NCBI GenBank assembly: GCA_030390025.1
Contig: JASTWF010000093.1
Span: 372,001-436,000 of the forward strand
Direction: 5' to 3'
DNA: 64,000 nt
DNA from: Squalus acanthias
Lineage: Eukaryota
The notes under the pieces were generated by a model that saw only the letters and a program-made list of their open reading frames with translations, made no database searches and was not told where the DNA came from. Shown here piece by piece: positions 25,363 through 38,459 of this stretch (its first letter is position 1; each line of letters begins with the position of its first letter). The translations under genes were made by a program, and so were the position numbers.

Positions 25363-26149
25363 TGTTGTTTTAAAAAAAAATGTATTTATTAAATTAATCC
25401 AACATTAAACACACTGGCGTGGAATTTGCTCTCAGCGGCGCTCGCCGTTCATTACACTTGCAGCTGCCCACAGACTTTTCGTGGGCTTTTGAGTGGCAAC
25501 TTACGGTCATCGGGTGTCTGAAACAGCACGGCACCCTCTACAGGAGATGTGGGGCGTGTGCGAACAGGGAAAGCAACAACGTGTCTCCTCAACCAATCTT
25601 ATTGAAGAATCCTCACTGAGACACGCAGTCTAAACCAGGAAGTGTAAGTTAGAATATTTAATTCAATGTAAAATTATGCACAGCAAGCAAAATAAAGAGA
25701 GGGAAAAAGGATGGGATTAAGAGAGAGATAAAAGAGACAGAAAGAAAAAGTTTTTAAAAATTTAATTTTTAATTTTTTTAAATCTCCAACAATAATTAAA
25801 ATCTGAAGGAATGAGACCCCACACTTGTAAACATAAATTTTCAGGTGCAGAGTGTTTGTTTGGCAGTAATTAAGACATATTACGCTGTTAAAAATTCACT
25901 TACACCTGAATGCATCAGCCCTAACACTTTCTGGTGTATTTAGTGGGTTAGTATTGCAACTTCACGCCATTCATTGTTTGAATGCCGAATCTCTCAGCGA
26001 GGTACCAGTGTAGCGAAGCTTGTGGAGGAGCAGGGCAAATCAGACAGCAACTTCAGGATTTCTGTGTTTAATTGCACATGTGCGGAGGCTGGAAGTTGCT
26101 GTCCAATTTACTCTACAACGGTGAGCGCTAATAGCCTCACCTTTATTCT

Positions 26150-29100
26150 TACCACAACGGAAGCAGCATGCTATAGACAGGGCTAAGCAATCCCACAATC
26201 AATGGATCAGATCAAAGCTCTACGGTCCTGCCACATCTAGTTGTGAATGGTGGTAGACCCTTAAACAACTAACGGGTGGAGGAGGCTCCATGAATATCCC
26301 CATCCTCAATGATGGTGGAGCCCAGCACGTGAGTGCAAAAGACAAGGCTGAAGCGTTTGCAACCATCTTCAGCCAGAAGTGCCGAGTGGATGATCCATAT
26401 CGGCCTCCTCCTGAGGTCCCCACCATCACAGAAGCCAGTCTTCAGCCAATTCGATTCACTCCACGTGATATCAAGGAACGGCTCAGCGCACTGGATACAG
26501 CAAAGGCTATGGGCCCTGACAACATCCCGGCTATCGTGCTGAAGACTTGTGCTCCAGAACTAGCTGTGCCTCTAGCCAAGCTGTTCCAGTACAGCTACAA
26601 CACTGGCATCTATTCGACAATGTGGAAAACTGCCCAGGTATGTCCTGTTCACAAAAAGCAGGACAAATCCAATCCAGCCAATTACCGCCCCATCAGTCTA
26701 CTCTCAATCATCAGCAAAGTGATGGAAGGTGTCATCGACATTGCTATCAAGCGGCACTTATTCACCAATAACCTGCTCACTGATGCCCAGTTTGGATTCC
26801 GCCAAGACCACTCAGCTCCCGACCTCATTACAGCCTTGGTCCAAACATGGACAAAGGAGCTGAATTCCAGAGGTGAGGTGAGAGTGACTGCCCTTGACAT
26901 CAAGGCAGCATTTGACCGAGTGTGGCATGAAGGAGCCCAAGTAAAATTGAAGTAAATGGGAATCGGGGGGGAAAACTCTCCACTGGCTGGAGTCATACCT
27001 AGCACAAAGGAAGATGGTGGTGGTGGTTGAAGGTCAATCATCACAGCCCCAGGACATCACTGCAGGAGGTCCTCAGGGCAGTGTCCTAGGCCCAACCATA
27101 AGAACATAAGAAATAGGAGCAGGAGTAGGCCATTTGGCCCTTCGAGCCTGCTCCGCCATTCAATGAGATCATGGCTGATCTTCTGCCTCAACTCCATTCA
27201 CCGGCCCTATCGCCATATCCCTTAATGCCCTTACTAGTCAGAAATCTATCGACTTCTGTTTTGAATATACCCAATGACTGAGCCTCCACAGCCCTCTGGG
27301 GTAGAGAATTCCAAAGATTCACCACCCTCTGTGTGAAGACATTTCTTCTCATTTCAGTCCTGAATGGCCTACCCTTTATCCTGAGGCTGTGGCCCCTGGT
27401 TCTAGACTCCCCAGCCAAGGGAAACATTCTGCCAGCATCCACCCTATCAAGCCCTGTAATAATTTTGTGTGCGTCAATGAGATCCCCTCTCATTCTTCTG
27501 AATTCAAGAGAATACAGGCCTAGTTTACTCAATCTTTTCTCATACAACAGTCCCGCCATCCCAGGAATCAATCTCGTGAACCTTTGTTGCACTCTCTCTA
27601 TGGCAAGTATATCCTTTCTTAGGTAAGGAGACCAAAATTGTACACAGTACTCCAGGTGTGGTCTCAGCAAGGCCCTATATAATTGGAGTAAGACTTCTTT
27701 ACTCCTGTACTCAAATCCACTTGTAATGAAGGCCAGCATACCATTTGTCTTCCTAATGGCTTGCTGCACCTGTACATTCACTTTCAGTGACTCATGTACA
27801 AGGACACACAGGTCCCTTTTGAGCATCTGCATTCCCCAATCTTTCACCATTTAGGAAATACTCTGCCTTTCTGTTTTTTTTACCAAAGTGGATAACTTCA
27901 CATTTATCCACATTATATTCCATCTGCCATGTTCTCGCCCACTCACTGAGCCTGTCGAGATCCCCTTGAAACCTCTTCACATCCTCTTCACAACTGACAC
28001 TGCCACCTAGCTTTGTATCATCAGCAAATTTGGAAATGTGACATTTAGTCCCCTCATCCAAATCATTGATATAGATTGTGAATAGCTGGGGCCCAAGCAC
28101 CGATCCTTGCGGTACCCCACTAGTCACTGCCTGCCATCCCGAAAAAGACTCGGTTATCCCTACTCTTTGTTTTCTGTCTGTTAACCAATTCTCAATCCAT
28201 GCTAGTATATTACCCCCAATTCCATGTGCCCTAATTTTGTTCACCAACCCCTTGTGTGGGACTTTATCGAAGGCCTTCTGAAAATCCAGATACACCACAT
28301 CTACCGGTTCCCCTTTGTCTACTCCACCAGTTACATCCTCAAAGAACTCCAATAGGTTTGTTAAACAGGATTTCCCTTTCACAAAACCATGTTGACTCTG
28401 CCTAATTAGTTTCTAAGTGCCCAGTTATTGCATCCTTTATAATAGATTCCAGCATTTTCCCACCTACTGATGTGAGGCTAACAGGTCTGTAGTTCCCCGT
28501 TTTCTCTCTCTCTCCTTTCTTAAATGGCGGGGTTACATTTGCTATCTACCAATCTGCAGGAACCATTCCAGAATCTATAGAATTTTGGAAGATGACAACC
28601 AATGCGTCCACTATCCCGATGGCCACCTCTTTCAAAACCCTAGGATGTAGGTCATCCGGTCCTTGGGATTTATTGACTTTTAGTCCCATTAATTTTGCTA
28701 GTACTGTTTTTTTACTAATAATAATTTCTTTAAGTTCCTCATTCTTGCCACACCCTTGGTTTTCTCGTATCTGGGAGGTTTTTTGTGTCTTCCTCCATGA
28801 AGACAGAAACAAAGTATTTATTTAATTTCTCAGCCTTTTCCTCATTCCCCATTATAAATTCTCCCGTCTCTGACTGTAAAGGACCTACATTTACCTTCGC
28901 CAGTCTTTTCCTTTTCACAAACCTATAGAAGCTTTTACAATCCATTTTTTCGCTAGTTTGAGCTCATAATCCATTTTCCCTTTCTTTATCAATTTCTTGG
29001 TCCCCCTTTGCTGATTTCTAAAAAGATCCCAATCCTCAGGCTGACTGCTTTTTCTGGCAACTTTATAAGCTTCCTCCTTTGACTTAATACTAGCTTTAAT

Positions 29101-31500
29101 TTCTTTTGTTAGCCATGGTTGGATCACTTTTCCTTTTGGGTTTTTATGCCTGAGAGGAATATATGTTTGTTGCAAATTATGCATTATTTCCTTGAATGAT
29201 AGCCATTATATTTCCACCTTCATACCTTTTAGTGTAGTCTCCCAATCTACCATGGCCAACTTGTCCCTCATACCCTTGTAGTTTCCTCTGTTTAGATTGA
29301 CGACCTTAGTTTCAGATTAGACTACATCACTCTCAAAATTAATGTAAAATTCAATCATATTATGGTCACTTGTCCCTAAAGGCCCCTTTACCACAAGATT
29401 ATTGATTAGCCCTTTCTCATTACACAGTACCAGATCCAGAATAGCCTGTTCCCTGGTTGGTTCCTGTACATACTGATCCAGGAAACCATCTCGCATGCAT
29501 TCCAAGAATTCGTCCCCCACACCATTAGTGGTAATTTGATTTGCCCAGTCCATATGTAGATTAAAGTCCCCCATGATTACCGTATTGCCCTTGTTACATG
29601 CACTTCTAATTTCTTGATTGATACTGTGCCCTACATTACCACTACTGTTTGGTGGCCTATACACAACTCCCAACAATGTTTTCCGCCCTTTGCTGTTTCT
29701 TAGCTCCACCCAAACTGATTTCAGTTCTACATCATGATCTGCCGAGCCAAGATCTTTTATCTCTACCATACCGATCTCATCCCTTATTAACAGCGCTACG
29801 CCACCTCCTTTTCCTTTTTATCTGTCCTTCCTAAATGTTGAGTACCCTGGAACATTCAGTTCCCAGCTTTGGTTACCCTGCAGCCATGTCTCTGTAATGG
29901 CAATTACAACATATCCATTTACTTCTATTAGTGCCATTAATTCATCCACCTTGTTGCGAATGCTACGTGCATTTAGATAAAGTGCCTTCAACTTTGCCTG
30001 TTTAATATTTTTCTGCACTTTGACCCTCTTTACTGTTGGCCTTTGTTTCTGCTCCCTACTAGTTTTGCTGACTACTTTTCTAACTTGCACTTCCAGCTTT
30101 GTTTCTCTCCATTCTGGGCCCACACTGAGGTTCCCAGCCCCCTGACAAACTAGTTTAAATCATTCCCAACAGCACTAGCAAACCCTCCTGCGAGGATATT
30201 GGTCCCGGTTCTGCCGAGGTGTAACCCGTCCAGCTTGTACAGGTCCCGCCTTCCCCAGAATCGGTCCCAATGCCTCAGGAATTTAAATCCCTCCCTCCTA
30301 CCCCATCTCTGCAGCCACGCATTCATCTGGTCTATTCTCCTATTTCTGCTCTCGCTAGCACGTGGCACTGGGAGTATTCCTGAAATTACTACCTTTGAGG
30401 TCCTGCTTTTTAATTTATTTCCTAGCTCCCTATATTCTGCTTGCAGGACCTCGTCCCTCTTTCTACCTATGTCGTTGGTAACGATATGGACCACGACCTC
30501 TAGCTGTTCACCCTCCTCCTTCAGAATGTCCTGCAGCCGCTCAGTGACATCCTTGACCCTAGCACCAGGGAGGCAACATACCATCCTGGAGTCACATCTG
30601 CGGCCACAGAAACATCTATCTGTTCCCCTTACTATAGAATGCCCTATCACTATTGCTCTCCCACTCTTTTTCCTCCCCTCCTGTGCAGCTAAGCCACTCG
30701 TAGTGCCACGGACTTGGCTCTTGCTGCATTTCCCTGAGAAACCATCTCCCCCAGCAGTATCCAAAACGGAAAATATGTTGGAGAGGGAGATGGACCCAGG
30801 GGACTCCTGCACTACCTTCCTACTTCTTTTACTCTGTCTGGCAAGGCCAGCATTTATTGCCCGTCCCTAACTGCCATCTTCAGCTGCTTCATCAATGACC
30901 TTCCCTCCAACATAAGGTCAGAAGTGGGGATGTTCGCTGATGACTGCACAGTGTTCAGTGCCATTCACAACTCCTCAGATAATGAAGCAATCCATGCCCG
31001 CATGCAACAAGACCTTGACGATGTTCAGGCTTGGGCTGATAAGTGGCAGGTAACATTCGCGCCACAGAAGTGCCAGGCAATGACTATCTCCAACAAGCGA
31101 GAGTCTAACCACCGCCCCTTGACATTCAATGGCATTACCATCGCCGAATCCCCCACCATCAACATCCTGGGGGTCACCATTGACCAGAAACTTATCTGGT
31201 CCAGCCACATAAATACTGTGGCAACAAGAGCAGGTCAGAGGCTAGGTATTCTGCAGCGAGTGTCTCACCTCCTGACTCCCCAAAGCCTTTCTACCATCTA
31301 CAAGGCACAAGTAAGGATTGTGATGGAATACTCTCCACTTGCCTGGATGAGTGCAGCTCCAACAACACTCAAGAAGCTCGACATCATCCAGGACAAACAG
31401 CCCGCTTGATTGGCACCCCATCTACCACCTTAAACATTCACTCCCTCCACCACCGGCGTACCGTGGCTGCAGTGTGTACCAGCTACAAGATGCACTGCAA
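26150..31500 (+). mobile_element. Plus-strand LINE RT split by a nested CR1 (halves 26150-27099 and about 30878-31500)
   Basis: KAMGPDNIP..NYRPISLLS..ALDIKAAFDRVWH..PQGSVLGPT resumes as IFSCFINDLP..MFADDC after the insert. Confidence 0.9.
27098..30835 (-). mobile_element. Near full-length CR1 LINE (ORF1 esterase, ORF2 APE-RT), frameshifted
   Basis: ORF 30150-30812 with DGLHL; ITETWL..VYRPP..GDFN..SDH; FADD RT; ttcttatg tail. Confidence 0.95.
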
Positions 31501-33840
31501 ATACTGATTAAAAAATACCATCCTTAAATTCCTTTCAGAATAATGGACCCACAAAGCCTCATAATGCTCTTTTAGTCTATAATTAAAATACTCTTTCAGA
31601 TTTATTCTTCTACCCTTATAAAACAGAGCATTCCTTCATGGCACGATCGGGTGTTTTCAGAGTAGTAGGGTAGGCATCTGCTGATTGGCTTTCCCTTTAC
31701 CCAAAGGCTTGCAGTCCTGTTGTCTAGTTTATGTTTCCTTTTATATTTCTTTCCCCCCTTCCCCACCTTGCTCTCTTGATCCTCAGGCTTCCCCACACAC
31801 ACAAACTACAAGCCCTACCCTTCATTGCCTTCCCCTTGCCTCAACCTTCAAAACTCCATCAGCTCCACCCTTCCTTACCTCGCTCACCCACTCACTCACT
31901 GCTGTAAAAACGCTGCTCCTTCCTGCCTCAAAATACACACAATTAGGGAGCAGCTTTTTCTCCTCTCCCAGGCCCGGCTGCTTAAAACAGGCTCAAGCCC
32001 ACAACCCAATTCAAGCCGCCTTTGCCCAATTCAGACCAGAACAAGATGTGGGCCTTTCTGCACATTGATAAAAGCCGCCCGCGTGGCCCCAATTTGGCCA
32101 GCAGGCCGACCCAGCAGCAGAACGTGCTACAAGGAAATGAGCCGAGGAAAGAGAGCGAGCTCATGAGAGAGTGAGAGGGAAAGAGGGAGGGAGCGCGTAC
32201 AAGCAATCAACTAAAAAGGTTTCCAAATGAAGGCAGTGTCAGTGCAGCATCAAAGCATCAGCCTAAGTTTTTGTGCTCAAGTCTCTGGAGAGGGACTTGG
32301 AACCCACAACCTTCTGACCCAGACACAAGAGTGCTACCCACTGAGCCACGGCCGACCCTGTATGTGAGGGGCACTACAGAAATGCAGGTTGTTGTTGTCC
32401 AAGTGCCTATTCTTTTTGTGCAGCAAGTGTCGGTAAACTATTCGACTGCGGGGTAAGCCCAACGCTACCCTTATCGGGCATCTGCACTGCAGGAGGGATC
32501 AGGAATGGGAATCTCGGATGTTTCTCTTTTGCTCCGATTGCCCAGGAAGCTGAGGTCAGTTGCATCCATTCCTGTTGACTGTTTCAGCAAGGACCTCAAA
32601 ACCATCAACCCTGGGGGCTTCTTTAATTTGCACAGCTCAGCGCTACAAAAAGTGCTTGGAGACTGAGGCACTGGGGAGGTCCTGTGTCCAGCACATGTTA
32701 GGTAGTGGAGAGCTGGAAGTAATTACATGGCAGTAAACTCATAGAGGGGTTCAGATGATGCCATAAACTCCCAGAATGAAGCTTGAGTGGTGTATAACTC
32801 TGAGATGACATTGCAGCCTTCAAATCGTTTTGATGTACCAGTATGTTTTGTGATATTCGAACTGCAGACTTCAAGGGGGTGCTTTTATTTCTTTGAGCGT
32901 CCACTTCTTTGCTAACAGATGAAAACACTGATGTACCCTCCACGCTGCATTGCTGAGAGTTTCTTCCCTGAAGAATTAACCACTGCAAGTACTGAATGAG
33001 AATCAACAATCGGTATACGTCTATATTACATTTCAAAGGCCAGTGGGTTATACAAAATCCAAGAAAACCAACAAACGCCAAAGGCACGGTTTACGATGAT
33101 CGTGATACAAATGTCCTATGTTGTGCAATCTGCTGCTCCCTGGAATGCATTCCATTTCTATCTCATGTTTCACCCCTTTCAAATAATTTTGCTTAGTTTT
33201 TTTGCGATTCTCATACAGACTCTACTTCATCTCATTCTTAAGAATAAAGACAGCCTCACAAGTTTAATTGGGCTTACAAGTGGTCTCACTCTTTTTGATC
33301 CTGAGCATACTAAAAGTCATGTGACATGTTTCTTGTAACTGTAACACTTACTTCTCAGGACATTTTCCTGTCACTTTCGGATGAGATGTTAAACCGAGGC
33401 CCCGTCTGCTCTCTCAGGTGGACGTAAAAGATCCCATGGCACTATTTTGAAGAGTAAGGGAGTTCTCCCCGGTGTCCTGGCCAATATTTATCCCTCAACC
33501 ACCATAACAAAAACAGATTATCTGTTCATTTTCACATTGCTGTTTGTGGGAGCTTGCTGTGCACAAATTGGCTGCCGCATTTCCTACATTACAACAGTGA
33601 CTCCACTTCAAAAAGTACTTCATTGGCGGCAAAGTGCTTTGGGACGTCTGGTGGTTGTGAAAGGCGCTATAGAAATGCAAGTCTTTCTTTCTTTAAAACC
33701 TACCTCTTTGACCAAGCTTTTGGTCACCTGCCCTAATTTCTCCTCATGTGGCTCGGAGTCAAATTTTTTGTCTCATAACGCTCCTGTGAATCGCCTTGGG
33801 ACGTTTTACGACATTAAAGGCGCTGTATAAATACAAGTTG
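29149..33840 (+). repeat. Segmental duplication copy 2 (lacks about 1.18 kb between two SINEs)
   Basis: Colinear with 1-5881. Confidence 0.95.
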
Positions 33841-33869
33841 TTTTTTATTGGTTAGCGCTTTCAGTGAAC

Positions 33870-36164
33870 TCTTTTTGGTTCGGGTGCTAAAACAAATGAT
33901 CTGTAACTAATAAAACTTTACAAATTAAATTAAAATTTTGTTGGCCGGGGTGATGATGCACTCCAGTCCCCGCGGCGCCCACCGGTCGCGGAATGCCTCG
34001 AGCGTGCCGGTGGACACCGCGTGCTCCATCTCCAGGGCCACCCGGGCGTGAACATAGCCACGGAAGAGAGGCAGGCAATCGGGCCGAACGACCCCCTCGA
34101 CCACCCACTGCCTGGAACCGTTAATGGCTACTTTGGCCAGGCCCAGGAACAGTCCCACGAGGAGGTCCTCCGACCTGCCCGCTCCCCTCCGCACCGGGTG
34201 ACCAAAGATCAGGAGCGTGGGACTGAAGTGCGGCCAAAAATCGAGGATCAGCCCCTACAAATACTGGAAGAGGGGCTGCAATCTCGCACATTCCATGTAA
34301 ATATGGAAGACGGACTCCTCTAGGCCGCAGAAAAGGCAGGTGGCCTGGGAGTCCATGAACTTGTTTAAAATCTTATTGCACGGGACTGCTCGGTGCAACA
34401 CCCTCCAGGCCAAGTCCCCAATAGATAAAGGGAGGACTCCCGCATAGAGAGCCCTCCATTGGGGACCTTCGCCTCCGCCGGACGGCAAGATGGCACGTCA
34501 AGGCATGTCCGGACGGCAGGCGAAGATGACAAAGTGGAGAGGGTGCAGGAGCAGCGCGTACAAGAAACCCCTCCGCGCAGAACTAAAAGGCACGGAGGGC
34601 ATTTCCCCGAGACGGCTCAAGTTGTGAGGTGCCGGTTCCCGAGAGGGGTTTCGGGGCCGCGCGCCGATGAGGAATTACGTCCCAGTTCGGATGGGATCAC
34701 CCCACGTGCTTGAGCCTCCTCGATACACCTAGTGCAATGAGGGCCTAGTGCCACTTTCAGCGACTCGATGACTTTGGCCGCGAGCCAGACGTCGGCCCAG
34801 GAGAGGCGCCGCGCCAACTCCTCCGGCGCCATCCAGCCCGCTCCTCCGCCATCGAGCAGGTCCCTGATTCTAGTCACCTTGCCAGGCACAGCCCTACCCT
34901 CCCGCCAGCCGCCCGAACCAGCGGTCGTGGAGGTGCGGATTCCTGAACAGCGGCTCCCGAAGGACGGCCACCATTCCTGACGGGGGAGAACGCCGCCTGG
35001 AGGCGACGCTGTTCCAGACCCATAGCAGTTCCTGGTAGAAGACAGGCAGCTCCCACAGGTAGGCACGTGTACGGCCCAATTCCACAAACAGGAGCTGCGT
35101 GTCGTAGTTGAGGCCGTGCAGCTGGCAGAAGAAATATGTCGCCAGCGCACGCCATCTGGGAGGATTCTCAATGTACAGGTATCTCTGCAGCGTCCGAAGA
35201 TGGAAAGTCGCCGCCTGGGTGCGAAGGCACACCAGCGCCTGACCGCCCTCCCTAAGCGGGAGACTCAGAACTGCGGCAGAGACCCAGTGCTTCCTTTTGT
35301 CCCAGAAGAAGTCGATGAGCTTCTTCTGCATCTTGGCGACAAACGCAGGGGGAGGGATCAAAGTGATCAACCGGTACCACAGCATGGCGGCCACCAGCTG
35401 GTTTATGACCAGCGCTCGACCCCTGTAGGACAACACTCGGAGCAGTCCTGTCCAGCGTCCTAGGCGAGCGGTGACTTTGGCCTCCAGCTCATGCCAGTTC
35501 GCCGGCCAGGCGTCTTCGGCGGGGCAGAGGTAGACTCCCAAGTAGAGGAGGTGCATGGTGCTCCAGGCGAAGGGCCTGAACTCCTCCGGCAGGGAATCCA
35601 CCTGCCATGGGCCCACCAGGAGTCCAGAACATTTTTCCCAGTTGATCTTGGCGGAGGATGCGTCCGAGTAAATCTGCTGGCATTCTCGCATCCTCCGCAA
35701 GTCGACGGGATCCGTGAACATGAGGAGCACGTCATCGGCGTAAGCCGAGAGGACGACCTCCACGCCCGGCCCTTGCAGAGACAGTCCCATCAACCTGTTC
35801 CGCAAGAGGCGCAGGAAAGGCTCCACGCAGACGGCGTATAACTGACCGGACATGGGGCATCCCTGACGTACCCCCCTCCCGAAGCGAAGGGGCGCCGTCA
35901 AAGACCCGTTGACTTTTATCAGTCACTCCGCGGCGGCGTACAGAAGTCGGATCCGGGCGACGAAATGCTTCGGCAAGTCCTCCCACAAAACTCTGCGCGC
36001 ATCCTCGCTGGACGGATCCAGCGAGAACAGAGCCCCGTAATAGGCCCGGGCCTCCGCGCTGATTCCCTCCGGATCCGAGACCAGAGATCCGTCGTCGGCC
36101 AGCAGCCCCAAGAGCTGCTTACGGACCCCCCGTCTTTTTTCCAGCGAGTAGAAGAAGGGGGAGC
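33870..36164 (-). mobile_element. 5'-truncated, internally deleted Tx1 retrotransposon (related subfamily)
   Basis: RGVRQGCPMSG..SAYADD..CLFCGLEESVFHIYMEC; junction LWEDLPK|HFVARI; 3' end ccaaaaagag. Confidence 0.92.
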
Positions 36165-36879
36165 ACTCTGAAATCAGGTGTAAGTTAAGAGTCAACCACA
36201 TTACTGTGTGTCTGGAGTCACATATAGGCCAGACCGGGTAAGGTCGGCAGATTTCCTTTCCTAAAGGACATTAGTGAACCAGATGGGTTTTTATGACAAT
36301 CCGACAGTTTCTTGGTTACCATTATTGATACTAGCTTTTTTACTCCAGATGTATTTAATTAACTGGAGCTCAATTTACCAGAGAAGGTGAAGAGTATATC
36401 AGAGGTCCTTACCACTTTGGGATTTCTACCCTTTACAAACCAATACAGTATATGGGATGAGGCATGATAATTTGCCTCTTTCCCCCAGTCTATCCCGCCG
36501 GGACACAGTGATTTTCTCCCTTAACCGAGCAACAGAACACGCGACAGTAATGGCAAATTACTACAGGAGAAGGAGTGACCATGCATGCCCTATGCACATT
36601 AGTAACTGCATTTCAAGGGATCAAGGGATATGGGGAGAAAGCAGGGACAGGGTACTGAATTTGGATGATCAGCCATGATCTCATTAAATGGCGGAGCAGG
36701 CTCGAGGGGCCGAATGGCCTACTCCTGCTCCTATCTTCTATGCTTATATGTTTCTATTTGGCTGCTCAGTGCTTCCTTGGTTTCTTATGGTCCTTACTGT
36801 CGTGGTTACTGGTATTTGTCACTGAACTTTTTTTTTAAAAAGGCCACTGACCAAGTGATATTTCATCAATGATTTAGTT

Positions 36880-37294
36880 AAAAGAAAGACTTGCATTTAT
36901 ATAGCGCCTTTCACGACCACCAGACATCTCAAAGCACTTTACAGTCAATGAAGTACTTTTGAAGTGGAGTTGCTGTTGTAATGTGAGAAAGTTAGTGACA
37001 GAGATAAAGACACAGCAGCCAAATTTGCACACAAGCCCCCACAAACAGCAATGTGATAATGACCAGATAATTCCCCTGCTCTTCTTCGAAATAGTGCCAC
37101 GGGATCTTTTACATCCACTTGAGAGAGCAGACGAGGCCTCGGTTTAACGTCTGATCCGAAAGACAGCACCTCCAACAGTGCAGCACTCCCCTGGGAGTGT
37201 CAGTCTAGATTTTTGCGCCCAAGTCTCTGGAGTGGGATTGAACCCACAACCTTCTGACGCAGAGGCGAGGGTGCTACATACTGAGCCACAGCTG
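36880..37294 (-). mobile_element. tRNA/Deu SINE
   Basis: Reverse complement of the SINE consensus seen at 5263 and 37623. Confidence 0.85.
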
Positions 37295-37622
37295 AGGTAT
37301 ACTTCTCCTATCGGACTGTGTACAATATCAAAGGACAAGTCCAAAATGACGACAATAGCAACTGGTGTATTACTCAGCACATTGATTAAATCTCACATGC
37401 AATAGGCCCCCAGCAATGTCATCCTCTCTCCAAAGCTTGACCTGCAGGCCAGCTATCTTTTTCCCCTCCAAAAAACAGAGGGAGCAAGGTGAACAGCTTT
37501 ATTTCATAATTCTGTATATTATAGGCTACAACAAGTAAACGATTAACCACCCCAGGACACAGCTCAACTGGGGATGCCAATTCTGATTTGAAGTATTCCT
37601 GGAGATTTGATCACGTGACACA

Positions 37623-38060
37623 CGTGTGGCTCAGTTGGTAGCACCCGCGTCAGAAGGTTGTGGGTTCAAGTCCCACTCCAGAGACTTGAGCGCAAGAATC
37701 TAGGCTGACACTCCAGTGCAGTGCTGAGGGAGTGCCGCACTGTCGGAGGTGCCGTCTTTCAGATGAGACTTTAAACTGAGGCCCCCTCTGCGCTCTCAGC
37801 TGGATGTAAAAGATCCCGTGGCACTATTTCGAAGAAGAGCAGGGGAGTTATCCCCGGTGTCTTGGGGCCAATATTTACCCCTCAATCAACATAACTAAAA
37901 CAGATTATCTGGTATTATCACATTGCTGTTTGTGGGAGCTTGCTGTGCACAAATTGGCTGCCACATTCCAACAGTGACTACACTTCAAAAAGTGCTTCAT
38001 TGGCTGTAAAGCACTCTGGGATGTCCCGAAAGGCGCTATATAAATGAAAGTCTTTCTTTT
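37623..38060 (+). mobile_element. tRNA/Deu SINE
   Basis: tggctcagttgg A box, ggttcaagtcc B box, Deu core, tctttcttt tail. Confidence 0.85.
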
Positions 38061-38459
38061 CTCTCGTGATGCTTAACCACATGGCATTTGCCCACTATTT
38101 ACAAATGTTACTGCATTTCCCTCAGAATCACCAACACCACCCCCCTCCAATCCCCATCCATCCTCCATAAAATACTTGCAATCCCGGCTCCCAGTGGGGA
38201 TTTGTGCCTCGCAGGGAGTGAGGGTCAGAGGATTGGGGCTACAGTGCAACAGCTCAAATCCCCAACCTCTGCTCCCTTCCAGCGTGGCGTTCCTCCAGGA
38301 GCACAGAATCTGCTATTTACACAAGGCAAAGGACATTCTGCATGTTTATGCCGATGCCACCTTAACAAATGTGATTACATTCAGGAAGCTTTTTAATGCT
38401 CTTTCTTTCACTTCTAATAATTCACTCACAATAAAGACATTTTTCAAGGCATTCACCCA

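Noticed and set aside
38176-38459. N-terminal extension of the gag ORF
   Set aside because: TTG start, composition unlike gag, no LTR or PBS upstream; probably chance open frame across a deletion junction
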